The position numbers were made by a program, and so were the translations under genes. Under the pieces are notes generated by a model that had not been told where the DNA came from, did no database searches, and saw only the letters and a list, made by a program, of their open reading frames with translations. Below, piece by piece: positions 31,801 to 41,055 of a stretch of 64,000 nucleotides of DNA; the stretch's first letter is position 1, and each line of letters opens with the position of its first letter. This DNA is from Gammaproteobacteria bacterium (GTDB lineage: Bacteria; Pseudomonadota; Gammaproteobacteria; JACKNK01), in NCBI GenBank assembly GCA_049604295.1, contig JBMYTL010000010.1:38-64037 (forward strand). The letters run 5' to 3'.

Positions 31801-32985
31801 ATGACTGCCGCGCAATCCATCCAGAGTCTGCGTCCCGACTACCGGGGCGGATCCAGTGTCAACCTGCTCACCTCGCTGTTCACCGGCCTGGGATGGCGGC
31901 GGGCGGGGACACCGTATCCCGAACATCGTGATTTCGGCGCGGAGCTATTCGCCACCGATGGACCCGTGGTGCTGGTGGTTCTTGATGGCCTCGGCTACCA
32001 CTACCTGAAGGAGCGCGGTGGCGCGCTGCGCGAGGGCTTGCGAGGGGCCATGGATACGGTGTTTCCGCCCACCACGGCGACCGCTGTAACCAGCCTCTTC
32101 ACCGGTGTCGGGCCCCAGCAACACGCTCAAACCGGCTGGTTCACCTGGTATCGCGAGCTCGGCGCCATTGCCGCCACCCTGCCGCTGACCACCCGGGTCG
32201 GCTGGATTCCTTTACACGGGCGCGAGCTTGACCTGTCGGCGCTGTTTCCCGTCCCACCCGCATTCGAGTCCCTCGATCCGCCCTGCGCTGCCGTTCTGCC
32301 CGCCTACCTGTCCGCCAGCACCTATACCCGTCTGCATACCCGGGGCGCGCGGGTGCTCCCCTATGGCGAGACGGTCGGGGACATGTTCGAGCGCGCGGCC
32401 ACCGTGGTTCGCGAGGGCGGTCGCCGCTACGTCTACGCCTACTGGCCGGGCTTCGATGCCCGTGCCCATGACCACGGGGTGGACAGTGTCGAGGTGGCGC
32501 GACACTTCGACGAGATGGACGTGGCCTTCGCCCGGTTCATGGAGCGCGTCGCCGGCAGTGGGGCCACGGTGCTTGTGACCGCGGACCATGGGTTCATCGA
32601 TACCCGTCCGCAATTGCAGGTCCACCTGGATCATCACCCGGAGATCGCCGAATGCCTGGCCATGCCCCTTTGCGGTGAACCGCGCACGGCCTGGTGTTAC
32701 CTCAAACCGGGATACGGGGAACGTTTTCTGGAGCGTGCGGGCAATGAGCTGGCCGACGCCATGATTGCCGTACCGAGTGAAACGCTCATCGAACAGGGAT
32801 GGTTTGGCCTGGGGGAAGCGCATACCGCCCTGCGCGAGCGCGTTGGAGACTACGCCCTCATCGCGCGCGGGGGGCATACCGTCAAGGACAGCGTCCTGGG
32901 CGAAGGGCCGTTCCACATGACCGGTGTCCACGGAGGGGTGTCCGCGGAGGAGCTCAAAGTGCCGCTGATTCTGACCGGGGCGTGA
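31801..32985 (+). CDS. alkaline phosphatase superfamily protein (type I phosphodiesterase/nucleotide pyrophosphatase-like)
   Basis: VVLDGLGYHYL, PPTTATAVTSLFTG (nucleophile Thr region), VTADHGF. Confidence 0.65.
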   Translation: MTAAQSIQSLRPDYRGGSSVNLLTSLFTGLGWRRAGTPYPEHRDFGAELFATDGPVVLVVLDGLGYHYLKERGGALREGLRGAMDTVFPPTTATAVTSLFTGVGPQQHAQTGWFTWYRELGAIAATLPLTTRVGWIPLHGRELDLSALFPVPPAFESLDPPCAAVLPAYLSASTYTRLHTRGARVLPYGETVGDMFERAATVVREGGRRYVYAYWPGFDARAHDHGVDSVEVARHFDEMDVAFARFMERVAGSGATVLVTADHGFIDTRPQLQVHLDHHPEIAECLAMPLCGEPRTAWCYLKPGYGERFLERAGNELADAMIAVPSETLIEQGWFGLGEAHTALRERVGDYALIARGGHTVKDSVLGEGPFHMTGVHGGVSAEELKVPLILTGA

Positions 32986-33061
32986 ATGTGGAAGCGGTAT
33001 GGGCGGCATCGGTTCGTGCCGGGAGACGCCCCTGCACCGGGCCGCGGGGAGGGTGGGGCGG

Positions 33062-33469
33062 TCAATCCGTCGCGCCGACCTTCCAACCCAGCTCGGCCAG
33101 ACGTCGTTCGATGCAGCCCGCTATGGAACCGTAGGTCGCGCGAGCAAAACCGTCATCGTCACTGAAATACCCGTCGATGCGGCTTTCTCTTCCCGCGCGG
33201 CGCAGGCGACCGAGTAATTCATCCGCCACGGTGTCAGCGTCCATTCCCGAGGTGCTGGCCCCGTCGCAGTGCTCGCGGATCAGCGCGGCACAGGCCCCAT
33301 GGGCGACAATCTCAGCCTTCCAGTCGGGGCGTGCGGCGCGTTCCATGGCGCGGTAATCCTCCTCCAGACAGCGTTCGGCGGCGAGTCGGATCTCTTCGAT
33401 GCTCAACCGATGGGACACGCCCATGCGCTTGAGCAGGAGCAGGCGCATCCAACGGGTGTCGTAGCCCAT
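33062..33469 (-). CDS. hypothetical protein
   Basis: In-frame ATG 33469 just downstream of the purT stop (33489). 135 aa, no motif recognised. The longer ORF to 33574 would overlap purT. Confidence 0.4.
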   Translation of the reverse strand: MGYDTRWMRLLLLKRMGVSHRLSIEEIRLAAERCLEEDYRAMERAARPDWKAEIVAHGACAALIREHCDGASTSGMDADTVADELLGRLRRAGRESRIDGYFSDDDGFARATYGSIAGCIERRLAELGWKVGATD

Positions 33470-33488
33470 GGAAGGGACGCTGGGCTGT

Positions 33489-34691
33489 TCAGTTGGCGGT
33501 CGGTTTGACGGCGGCGGCCGCCTGCTTGGCTCGGGCGCGGGCGTCGCCTGTGTCCGAGCCGTAGGCCAGGGCAACGCCCATGCGGCGCCGGATGAAGGAT
33601 ACGGGTTTGCCGAACAGGCGCAGCTCGGTCTGGGGTATCGCCAGGGATTGCTCCAGTGCGTCGAAGGCGATGCCGCTCTCCTCCAATCCGCCGTAGATCA
33701 CCGCACTGGCACCGGGTGCCCGACGCCGGGTGTCCACGGGCAGGCCGAGGATGGCGCGGGCATGGAGTTCGAATTCGTTCTGCCACTGGCTGGTCATGGT
33801 TACCATGCCGGTGTCGTGCGGGCGTGGGCTGACCTCGCTGAACCAGACGCGGTCTCCCTTGACGAACAGTTCGACGCCGAACAGGCCGCGCCCGCCCAGG
33901 CTGGTGGTGACCTTCTCCGCGATGTCCCGGGAGGTCGTGAGTGCCGTCTCGCTCATGGGCTGGGGCTGCCAGGACTCGACGTAATCGCCCTGTTCCTGGA
34001 TGTGGCCGATCGGGTCGCAGAAATAGGTGTCGACCGCGCCGCTGGTGGGGTCGATGGCGCGTACCGTGAGCAGGGTGATCTCGTAATCGAAGTCGATCAT
34101 CTCCTCCACGATGACCCGGCCGCTGTTCACGCGTCCGCCTTCCATGGCGTAGTCCCAGGCCTTCCGCACGTCTTCGGGCTGGCGGATGGTGGACTGGCCT
34201 TTGCCCGAGGACGACATCACCGGCTTGACGATGCAGGGGTAGCCCACGCCGCCATCGATGGCCATCTGCAGCTGGTTCAGGGACTCGGCGAAGGCGTAAC
34301 GCGAGGTGGGCAGGTTCAGCTCTTCGGCCGCCAGGCGGCGGATGCCCTCGCGGTTCATGGTGAGCTGGGTGGCACGCGCGGTGGGGATGACCTCGGCCAG
34401 GCCATCGGCCTCGATGGCGGCCAGCTCATCGGTGGCAATGGCCTCGATCTCGGGGACCACCAGGTCGGGCTTTTCCTGTTCCACCAGGGCGCGCAGGGCG
34501 GCCCGGTCACTCATGTCTATGGCGTGCCAGCGGTGGGCGACCTGGTGGCCCGGGGCGTTCTCGTAGCGGTCCACGGCGATGACCTCAACGCCGAGGCGTT
34601 GCAGGGCAATGATGACCTCTTTACCGAGTTCACCAGCGCCAAGCAGCATGACGCGGGTGGCGGAGGGGGAGAGCGGGGTACCGATACGCAT
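33489..34691 (-). CDS. purT: formate-dependent phosphoribosylglycinamide formyltransferase
   Basis: ATG 34691 gives [29 protein letters not shown]-grasp fold. The ORF track extension to 34832 is Arg/Pro-rich. Confidence 0.9.
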   Translation of the reverse strand: MRIGTPLSPSATRVMLLGAGELGKEVIIALQRLGVEVIAVDRYENAPGHQVAHRWHAIDMSDRAALRALVEQEKPDLVVPEIEAIATDELAAIEADGLAEVIPTARATQLTMNREGIRRLAAEELNLPTSRYAFAESLNQLQMAIDGGVGYPCIVKPVMSSSGKGQSTIRQPEDVRKAWDYAMEGGRVNSGRVIVEEMIDFDYEITLLTVRAIDPTSGAVDTYFCDPIGHIQEQGDYVESWQPQPMSETALTTSRDIAEKVTTSLGGRGLFGVELFVKGDRVWFSEVSPRPHDTGMVTMTSQWQNEFELHARAILGLPVDTRRRAPGASAVIYGGLEESGIAFDALEQSLAIPQTELRLFGKPVSFIRRRMGVALAYGSDTGDARARAKQAAAAVKPTAN

Positions 34692-34756
34692 GCGGGGCTC
34701 CGAATCAGGGATTGCGGCGGCCCCGGCCCGGCGGGGTGAGATCCGGCAGGGTGGAG

Positions 34757-35149
34757 TCAGGCCGCTTGATGGTCCCGGCGCAGCCAGTGCTCGGCGGCGG
34801 CGGTGTCGTCGAAGATGCGGATCATGACCCAAGCACCGTCCTGCACCAAGTCGCAGTACATGCGTGCGACCGCACGGCTGAGGTGGTTGGAGGCCACGAT
34901 GGCCAGGCGGGCCTGGGACAGTTCGCGGCCGTGAAGGCGATCATGCACGCCACGGGCGATGAGGTTCGAGCCAAGGCCCGAATCGACCCTCATGGCACTG
35001 ATGTCCACAATGTGATCGAAGTCGTTCCGGAAGTCCGGGTGGGTGGTGATATCGCTGGAGCTGGCCAGCCATTCCGAATCGCTGAGCACACCCTCGATCC
35101 GCAGATGGACGATGTGCTTGCTCGGCGCGATTTCAAAAGTGAAGGGCAT
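34757..35149 (-). CDS. hypothetical protein (possibly STAS/SpoIIAA-like)
   Basis: 130 aa ORF with balanced composition. No diagnostic motif, so the fold guess is weak. Confidence 0.45.
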   Translation of the reverse strand: MPFTFEIAPSKHIVHLRIEGVLSDSEWLASSSDITTHPDFRNDFDHIVDISAMRVDSGLGSNLIARGVHDRLHGRELSQARLAIVASNHLSRAVARMYCDLVQDGAWVMIRIFDDTAAAEHWLRRDHQAA

Positions 35150-35333
35150 GGGTGATTATCCCACCCCCCGTGTGCCGTCCATTTTTATCGGCACGGGGAG
35201 TCGCTCTGTTATCTCTCAATGCACCGGGGCGGCGGGTCCGGCATCGGGGATGCGTGACTCTCCGGCCCATGGCGGGTTACCACTAGACTGGCACGGGCCC
35301 TGGGCGTCCAAGTCGCAGCGAGATCAATTAACC

Positions 35334-35849
35334 TTGTTTTCACTTCCCCCCAAAAAGCGCCGTCTGGCGGCGGATGAGCCCTGTCCCTGTGGCAGCGGTG
35401 AGGCGTATGGGGCCTGTTGCGGGCCCTTGCACGACGGCGCGAGCGCACCCTCGCCCGAGGCGCTTATGCGCTCACGTTTCAGTGCCTACCTGTTGCGCGA
35501 TGCTGACTACGTGAGTCGGTCCTGGGCACCCGAGACCCGGCCGGAGGACCTGAGCCTTGATCCCCAGGTGCTGTGGCGCAGGCTCGAGATCGTCGATGCG
35601 CCGCCGACCGACGGGGGCATGGAAGAGGCCCCCCGTGGCGTCGTCGAGTTCGTCGCCCATTGCGTGGTCAACGGGCAGGCGCAAAGCCTGCACGAGCGCA
35701 GTCGCTTCCGGTTCGATGGTGAAAATTGGCTCTATATCGATGGGGATGTGCCCGCCGAGGCGCGCCGACCGGTGACCAAGGTGGGCCGCAACGATCCGTG
35801 TCCCTGCGGCAGCGGCCGCAAGTACAAAAAGTGCTGCGGGGCCAACTGA
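35334..35849 (+). CDS. ychJ: YchJ family protein (UPF0225, two SEC-C motifs)
   Basis: [14 protein letters not shown] near the N-terminus and [14 protein letters not shown] at the C-terminus. Start uncertain: TTG 35334 or ATG 35250. Confidence 0.75.
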   Translation: MFSLPPKKRRLAADEPCPCGSGEAYGACCGPLHDGASAPSPEALMRSRFSAYLLRDADYVSRSWAPETRPEDLSLDPQVLWRRLEIVDAPPTDGGMEEAPRGVVEFVAHCVVNGQAQSLHERSRFRFDGENWLYIDGDVPAEARRPVTKVGRNDPCPCGSGRKYKKCCGAN

Positions 35850-36093
35850 ATTCCCGGGCCATGCGGTTCACGGCGGTGGGCGACCCCGCGACCTCCCGGT
35901 CAAGCGGTTTGACCCGTTACGACGCAATCCGGCCCGTGTTCCCAGGTGTGCGTCGAGGGTGATCCCGGATACCTCAGCGTGTCAGCGGGCGAAACCCGTC
36001 CGCGGGACCGTGGTCACAGTCGGACATGTCTATCCCGGTCGGCGCCCTCCCGTGGACAGTCCGTCCGCCGCTCCGCTAACGAAATGGTGCTGC

Positions 36094-36909
36094 ATGCCCG
36101 TCGTCGCGAAATCCGCTTTTCTCCACTTTGCGCTGTGCTCTCTTGTGCTGTGCGCTCCTACCTGGGCGGCGCCCCCCTCGGACATGGACTTCGTGCCTGT
36201 GCCCGCCGGGCACTTCGTCATGGGTACGGCGGACCTGACCGCCGTTCAGTTGGAGCATCCCAAGGGGCCGGAGGCGGCAGTGGAGGATGAAACCCCGGCC
36301 CACACGGTGACCTTCACCCGGGGCTTCGAGATGGCCCGCACCGAGACGACCCAGGGGCAGTGGTACGCGGTTATGGGAACGCGCCCGGGCCCCGAGTCCC
36401 ATTGGAAACGTCGTGATTGGGCCGCGGTACCCGTGACGGGCGTGGATTGGCAGGGCGCGGTGGATTTTGCCCGGGCCATGGGGGCGATCGATCCAGACCA
36501 TGAATATGCCCTGCCCACCGAAGCCCAGTGGGAGTATGCGGCTCGAGCCGGTTCCGGGGGGGTGCGGCCATTCGCCGACGAGGCACTACCCGAGCACGCC
36601 TGGTATATCGAAAACTCCGGTGACGCGCCGCAGCCTGTCGCCACGCGCAAGGCCAATGCCTGGGGCCTGCACGACATGTTGGGCAATGCCTGGGAGTGGA
36701 CGGCGGACGCCTATGACCCGGATGCCTATAAGCGTGGCGAGCGGGTCGATCCGGTGGTCCTGGAGGGGGGCAAGCGGGTGCGCCGCGGTGGGTCCTACCA
36801 TTGCCCGCGCCACCTGGTCAGACCGGCCTACCGTGCGCCGGATTCGCCCGACGCCCGCTACTCGGTCCTGGGGTTCCGGGTGGTGCGTCGTCCCGCCGGT
36901 CAGCCTTGA
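36094..36909 (+). CDS. secreted formylglycine-generating-enzyme (SUMF1/FGE-sulfatase) domain protein
   Basis: ATG 36094 followed by a signal peptide (LCSLVLCAPTWAAPP). FVPVPAGHFVMG, NAWGLHDMLGNAWEWTAD, RVRRGGSY. Confidence 0.8.
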   Translation: MPVVAKSAFLHFALCSLVLCAPTWAAPPSDMDFVPVPAGHFVMGTADLTAVQLEHPKGPEAAVEDETPAHTVTFTRGFEMARTETTQGQWYAVMGTRPGPESHWKRRDWAAVPVTGVDWQGAVDFARAMGAIDPDHEYALPTEAQWEYAARAGSGGVRPFADEALPEHAWYIENSGDAPQPVATRKANAWGLHDMLGNAWEWTADAYDPDAYKRGERVDPVVLEGGKRVRRGGSYHCPRHLVRPAYRAPDSPDARYSVLGFRVVRRPAGQP

Positions 36910-36975
36910 CATCAGGCCTTCGGTGAGCGCCTTGAATGACCCTGACGCGTGCCCGGGCTACGCGGCGCAGGGGGG

Positions 36976-37299
36976 TCAGTCGTCGAGATTTGTGTGGCAG
37001 AGCACCGAGCGCATCTCGCCGATAAGCAGCAGCAGCTGATCGTTGCGGATGCGGTAGAAGATCCGGTTGGCCTCTTTGCGGGAGATCAGGATGTTCTTGT
37101 TGCGCAGTTGTTCAAGGTGCTGGGAGATGTTGCTCTGGGAGGTGCCGATCTTGTCGACGATTTCGGTGACCGACATTTCACCGTTTCCCAGGGTGCAGAG
37201 GATGCGCCAACGCAGGGGGTGGGCCATGGCCTTGAGTGCGTTGGCCGTCAGCGTGGTGTCTTCGTCAGAGGCGATGCGGCCTTCGGTTTCATCAGCCAT
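36976..37299 (-). CDS. ArsR/SmtB family transcriptional regulator (two-Cys, no ELCVCDL metal site)
   Basis: 107 aa. ALKAMAHPLRWRILCTLGNGEMSVTEIVDKIGTSQSNISQHLEQLRNKNILISRKE (winged HTH). Cys35 and Cys101 are the only cysteines. Confidence 0.85.
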   Translation of the reverse strand: MADETEGRIASDEDTTLTANALKAMAHPLRWRILCTLGNGEMSVTEIVDKIGTSQSNISQHLEQLRNKNILISRKEANRIFYRIRNDQLLLLIGEMRSVLCHTNLDD

Positions 37300-37495
37300 A
37301 TCAGTGTTTCTTCAATTACTTAACTATCGGGAAGATTATGCCGCGATGGACGGGGGGGCAAGCTCGGGGCCTTGAGATGGCTCACGATCAGGCCGCTGTG
37401 GCGCGAAGTCTGGCGTCTGAGGTGTGACGTCCGGCGGCGATGGCGGTGCGCCGGGGGAATGGGCGGGCAAGGCGTGCCCCCTTCGGAATCCGGCT

Positions 37496-37544
37496 CCGCC
37501 GTCCGCCGTCCGCCGTCCGCCGTCCGCCGTCCGCCGTCCGCCGT
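37496..37544. repeat. tandem heptanucleotide repeat (ccgccgt)x7
   Basis: Seven perfect head-to-tail copies read directly. The array ends 7 nt from the response-regulator stop codon (37552..37554) and starts about 200 nt upstream of the arsR-like ATG. Confidence 0.95.
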
Positions 37545-37551
37545 CCGGTGG

Positions 37552-38421
37552 CTATTGCGTCCGCTCGTTCTCGTCCCCGTCGTCCCGTGCGGCCTTGACG
37601 TAGCCACTCATATCCTTGGCAATGCAGATGATGTCGCTGATCGCCCCGGCCTCGTCCTTCATGGCGGTGCGCGAGAACAGAATGGGCACCCGGCGGCCAT
37701 CGGCGGCGATGAAGCTCGCCTCGATGGCGCGCAGGATGCCGGTACGGATGAGCGCCTCAAGCCAGGAGCCCATGAAGGCGCCGGCGGTGTCGTCGGCGTC
37801 TTCCTCGAAGACATCGCCGATACCCATGCCCGTGAGTGTCTGGGCGTCATAGCCGAGCATGCGTTCGGCCTCGGGGTTGGCCTCCTGTATGCGTCCCTGG
37901 GGGTCCAACACCAGCAGGGCTTCGCCCATGGTGCTGATGATCCCCTCCAGATGCTGCTTGGCACGGTTCAGTTCGGCGGTACGTTCGGCGACCTTCTGTT
38001 CCAGCACCTGGTTCAGGGCGCGTTCCTTTTCAATCAGGCGGAAGTAGGCGCTGATCTTGTTGAGTAACAGGTTGTCGTCGATGGGTTTGAGCAGGTAATC
38101 CACCGCGCCCACGTCGTAGCCGCGTTGCTGGAACTCGTCCGCCTTGAAGGCAGCGGTGAGAAAAATGATGGGGATGTCACGCGTCTTCTTGCGGATCTTG
38201 AGCATCTGGGCGGTTTGGAAGCCATCCATCTCGGGCATCTGGACGTCAAGAATGATGACGTCGATATCCGGCTCCGCGAGGGCCAGGTCCAGGGCCTGTT
38301 GGCCAGAGGTGGCTTCACGCACCTCCACATCCATGTGCTTGTCGATGAGGGTTCGCAGGGTGAACAGGTTGTGGGGGTTGTCATCGACGATGAGCAGTTT
38401 GAACCCCGAATAGCGCTTCAT
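37552..38421 (-). CDS. response regulator, REC + coiled coil + PAS, no DNA-binding or enzymatic output
   Basis: ATG 38421 (MKRYSGFKLLIVDDN). DVIILDVQMPEMDG, LTA, LLKP. The C-terminal half is PAS-like (GIISTMGEALLVLDPQGRIQEAN...). Start overlaps the upstream kinase stop (ATGA). Confidence 0.85.
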   Translation of the reverse strand: MKRYSGFKLLIVDDNPHNLFTLRTLIDKHMDVEVREATSGQQALDLALAEPDIDVIILDVQMPEMDGFQTAQMLKIRKKTRDIPIIFLTAAFKADEFQQRGYDVGAVDYLLKPIDDNLLLNKISAYFRLIEKERALNQVLEQKVAERTAELNRAKQHLEGIISTMGEALLVLDPQGRIQEANPEAERMLGYDAQTLTGMGIGDVFEEDADDTAGAFMGSWLEALIRTGILRAIEASFIAADGRRVPILFSRTAMKDEAGAISDIICIAKDMSGYVKAARDDGDENERTQ

Positions 38422-40763
38422 TGTTTTTCGTTTCCGCCAGCGTTCAGAAGTCGTTCGAGTTGTGTCAGCAGCAGCCCGGGCTCCAGGGGCTTGGCCAGAA
38501 AGGCCGTCGCCCCGGCGGCCATGCATTCGGCCTGGTCCTCAGCCGCCGCGCGCGCACTCAGGGCGATCACCGGGATGGTCGACCAGTCCTGGTGGGCACG
38601 GATACGGCGTGTCGCCTCAAGGCCGTCCATGCCCGGCATCATGATATCCATGAGTACCAGATCAAAGTCCTCTTCGCTCATGGCCTCAAGCGCTTCATCG
38701 CCATCGCCAGCGCCGGTTACCTCGATTCCCCAGTTCTCCAGGGTGGGGGTCAGGGCGAGCAGGTTGCGAAGGTCGTCATCCACCGCCAGTACGCGTTTGC
38801 CGGGGAAGCTTGCCTCGGGAACGGGCGCTTCCACCGCCTTTTCGGGCGCCGCGTTGCGGCCGTCTTCGGGTTCCTGCTCCTCCTCGGTGTGCTCGGTACG
38901 CAGCGGCAGCATGAGGGTGAACGTGGAGCCCCGGCCTTCGTGGCTGTCCAGATGAATGCGCCCGCCCATGAGGCGTGCCAGTTCCCGACTGATACTCAGC
39001 CCCAGTCCCGTGCCGCCGAAGCGGCGGTTGGTCGAACCGTCTGCCTGTTGGAAGGCTTCGAAGATCACCGCGTGTTTGTCCTCGGGAATGCCTATGCCGG
39101 TGTCCTGGACGCTGATGCTCAGGGGCAGTCGTTCCGCCCGCTCGCCCCGGGTGCAGGCGATGCGCAGGGTGACCCCGCCTTCGCTGGTGAACTTGACGGC
39201 GTTGGACAGGAAGTTCTTGACGATCTGGCGCAGCTTGTCGCCGTCGGTCTCGATCATGGCGGGCGCGGATGGGTCGATCTGAAGCTCGAGGGCCAGACCC
39301 TTCTGCTGAAACTGCGGTTGCAGCAATTCGATGATGCCGCCGAGGATTTTCTCCAGGTCCACGGGCTCGACGTGTACCACGTTGCGTCCCGCCTCAATGC
39401 GTGAGAGGTCGAGGATGTTGTCGATCAGAGACTTGAGATCGCTGCCGGCCTCGTGGATGACCCGGGCCTGCTGGCGTTGTTGTTCACTCAGGGTTCGTTC
39501 GTCGTCCTGGCTGAGCAATTTCGACAGCAGCAGTATGGAGTTCAGCGGGGTGCGCAGCTCGTGGCTGACGTTGGCGAGGAACTGGCTCTTGTAGCGGTTG
39601 GATTCCTCCAGTTCACGCGCGTGCTCGCGCAGGGCCTGGCTGCGTACATTGTGCTTGCGCGCCAGGGTGGTCAGGCGTTTGCCCAGTTCGACCATCTCCT
39701 GGGACCCGCCCAGTTCGAACTCGACCGGCTCGTCCTGCAGGACCCGCGACAGACCGTCGGTGATCTGCTCGCGAAAGCGCTCGGCGCGCTGGGCGAACCA
39801 GCGCGCCGTGAGCCACACCAGGGCCGCGAGCCCGAGCACGATGTACAGCACCCGCATGCGCAGGGCGTCGCCAAAGGCATCGATGGGCGAACGGTCCACC
39901 TTCCGACCCACCCACAGGGGCGTGCCGTCCTCCAGGGGCAGCATGGGGACCCAGAGGATGCGTTCGTCATCCGGCCCACGCCAGAGGCTGAGTTCACGAT
40001 CGGCGAAGACCTCCTCGAGTCCGGGGAAGTCCTGAAACGCGGCGCCGGGTTCGGGGCGTGCCCCGGGAAGGGGCAGGTAGTTTCCGTTGCTGAGTACCCA
40101 GAGGTTCTGGGCGTGCGCACGCGCGAGACCGCCGACGTCGATGGTCAGTATCGCCGCCCCGATGGTCTGCAACTCGCCGCTGGGTGGCGCCTGGACGATG
40201 ACCGGACTGATCACCCGGATGGACATCAGGCGTTCGGGTTTGGCGGTCTCGAGGGATTCCGCGATGCGCAGGGGCGAGGTGAATACCGTACCGGGAGCGC
40301 CTTGCAGGCCTTGTTGAACAAAGGCTTCGGCCGGTTCGAAGTCCCGTTCCTCGCGGTTCACGAATTTCCAGCTCTGCGGGTCGCGTTCGAGCTGTACCTG
40401 GATCTTGAGGTCTGGATCGATGAACAGCACCTGCACGATGTCCGGCTGGTCGCTGAGCATGCGGTTCACCCAATGGGTGAAGCCCTCGCGCATCATGGTC
40501 ATGGATTCCGGCATGCCCCCCATGCTACGGCCCAGCAGCAGGGGCGACTCGGGCAACTTGGCCAACAGGCGCACGGTGTCATGACGGCTGGCCAGGTGCT
40601 GGTCCAGGTCGCGGAAGTCGGCACGCAGATTCTGCAGGTGGGCTTCCTGGTAGAAGCGCTCGAGCTGCGAGAACACCAGGGGGAAGTTCATCATCACCAC
40701 CGCGCTCAGTGGAAGGATGGCGAACAGGGACAGGAACAGGATGATCTGGCTGCGCAGTTTCAT
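38418..40763 (-). CDS. hybrid sensor histidine kinase (large periplasmic sensor, HisKA, HATPase_c, REC)
   Basis: ATG 40763 (MKLRSQIILFLSLFAILPLSAVV). Second TM LYIVLGLAALVWL. H-box NVSHELRTPLNS, NAVKFT, DTGIGI, GGTGLGLSIS. Receiver VLAVDDD...LVLMDIMMPGMDG...AKP. Confidence 0.85.
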   Translation of the reverse strand: MKLRSQIILFLSLFAILPLSAVVMMNFPLVFSQLERFYQEAHLQNLRADFRDLDQHLASRHDTVRLLAKLPESPLLLGRSMGGMPESMTMMREGFTHWVNRMLSDQPDIVQVLFIDPDLKIQVQLERDPQSWKFVNREERDFEPAEAFVQQGLQGAPGTVFTSPLRIAESLETAKPERLMSIRVISPVIVQAPPSGELQTIGAAILTIDVGGLARAHAQNLWVLSNGNYLPLPGARPEPGAAFQDFPGLEEVFADRELSLWRGPDDERILWVPMLPLEDGTPLWVGRKVDRSPIDAFGDALRMRVLYIVLGLAALVWLTARWFAQRAERFREQITDGLSRVLQDEPVEFELGGSQEMVELGKRLTTLARKHNVRSQALREHARELEESNRYKSQFLANVSHELRTPLNSILLLSKLLSQDDERTLSEQQRQQARVIHEAGSDLKSLIDNILDLSRIEAGRNVVHVEPVDLEKILGGIIELLQPQFQQKGLALELQIDPSAPAMIETDGDKLRQIVKNFLSNAVKFTSEGGVTLRIACTRGERAERLPLSISVQDTGIGIPEDKHAVIFEAFQQADGSTNRRFGGTGLGLSISRELARLMGGRIHLDSHEGRGSTFTLMLPLRTEHTEEEQEPEDGRNAAPEKAVEAPVPEASFPGKRVLAVDDDLRNLLALTPTLENWGIEVTGAGDGDEALEAMSEEDFDLVLMDIMMPGMDGLEATRRIRAHQDWSTIPVIALSARAAAEDQAECMAAGATAFLAKPLEPGLLLTQLERLLNAGGNEKQ

Positions 40764-41055
40764 GGTGTGTGACCGGGTGGAATTCCGGGTGGGCGTTGGC
40801 ACCGGCGTGGCGCAGTCTAACCCGCTCAACCAACCGCGTTCGCGCGCGGGCGTCGCCCCGGTCCGCGGGGCAGCTCCGCCGACTGCCACCATCCGGAATC
40901 ATCGGCGCGTGGTCATTGTGGGTTTTTCTGACCTGTGCCAATAATTCCAGCTAATGCAGCGATCAGAAAGAATCGTGGTACGCGGCTCCGGGCGCAGCGC
41001 ACCGGTTGCCAGAGAGAAATGACCTAATCCAGTTGAGAAGGGGAGTAATCACGGC

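Noticed and set aside
37320-37607. 95-aa minus-strand ORF reading through the heptamer array (TADGGRR repeats)
   Set aside because: Its reading frame is created by the repeat itself, it overlaps the 3' end of the response regulator gene, and nothing in it looks protein-like.
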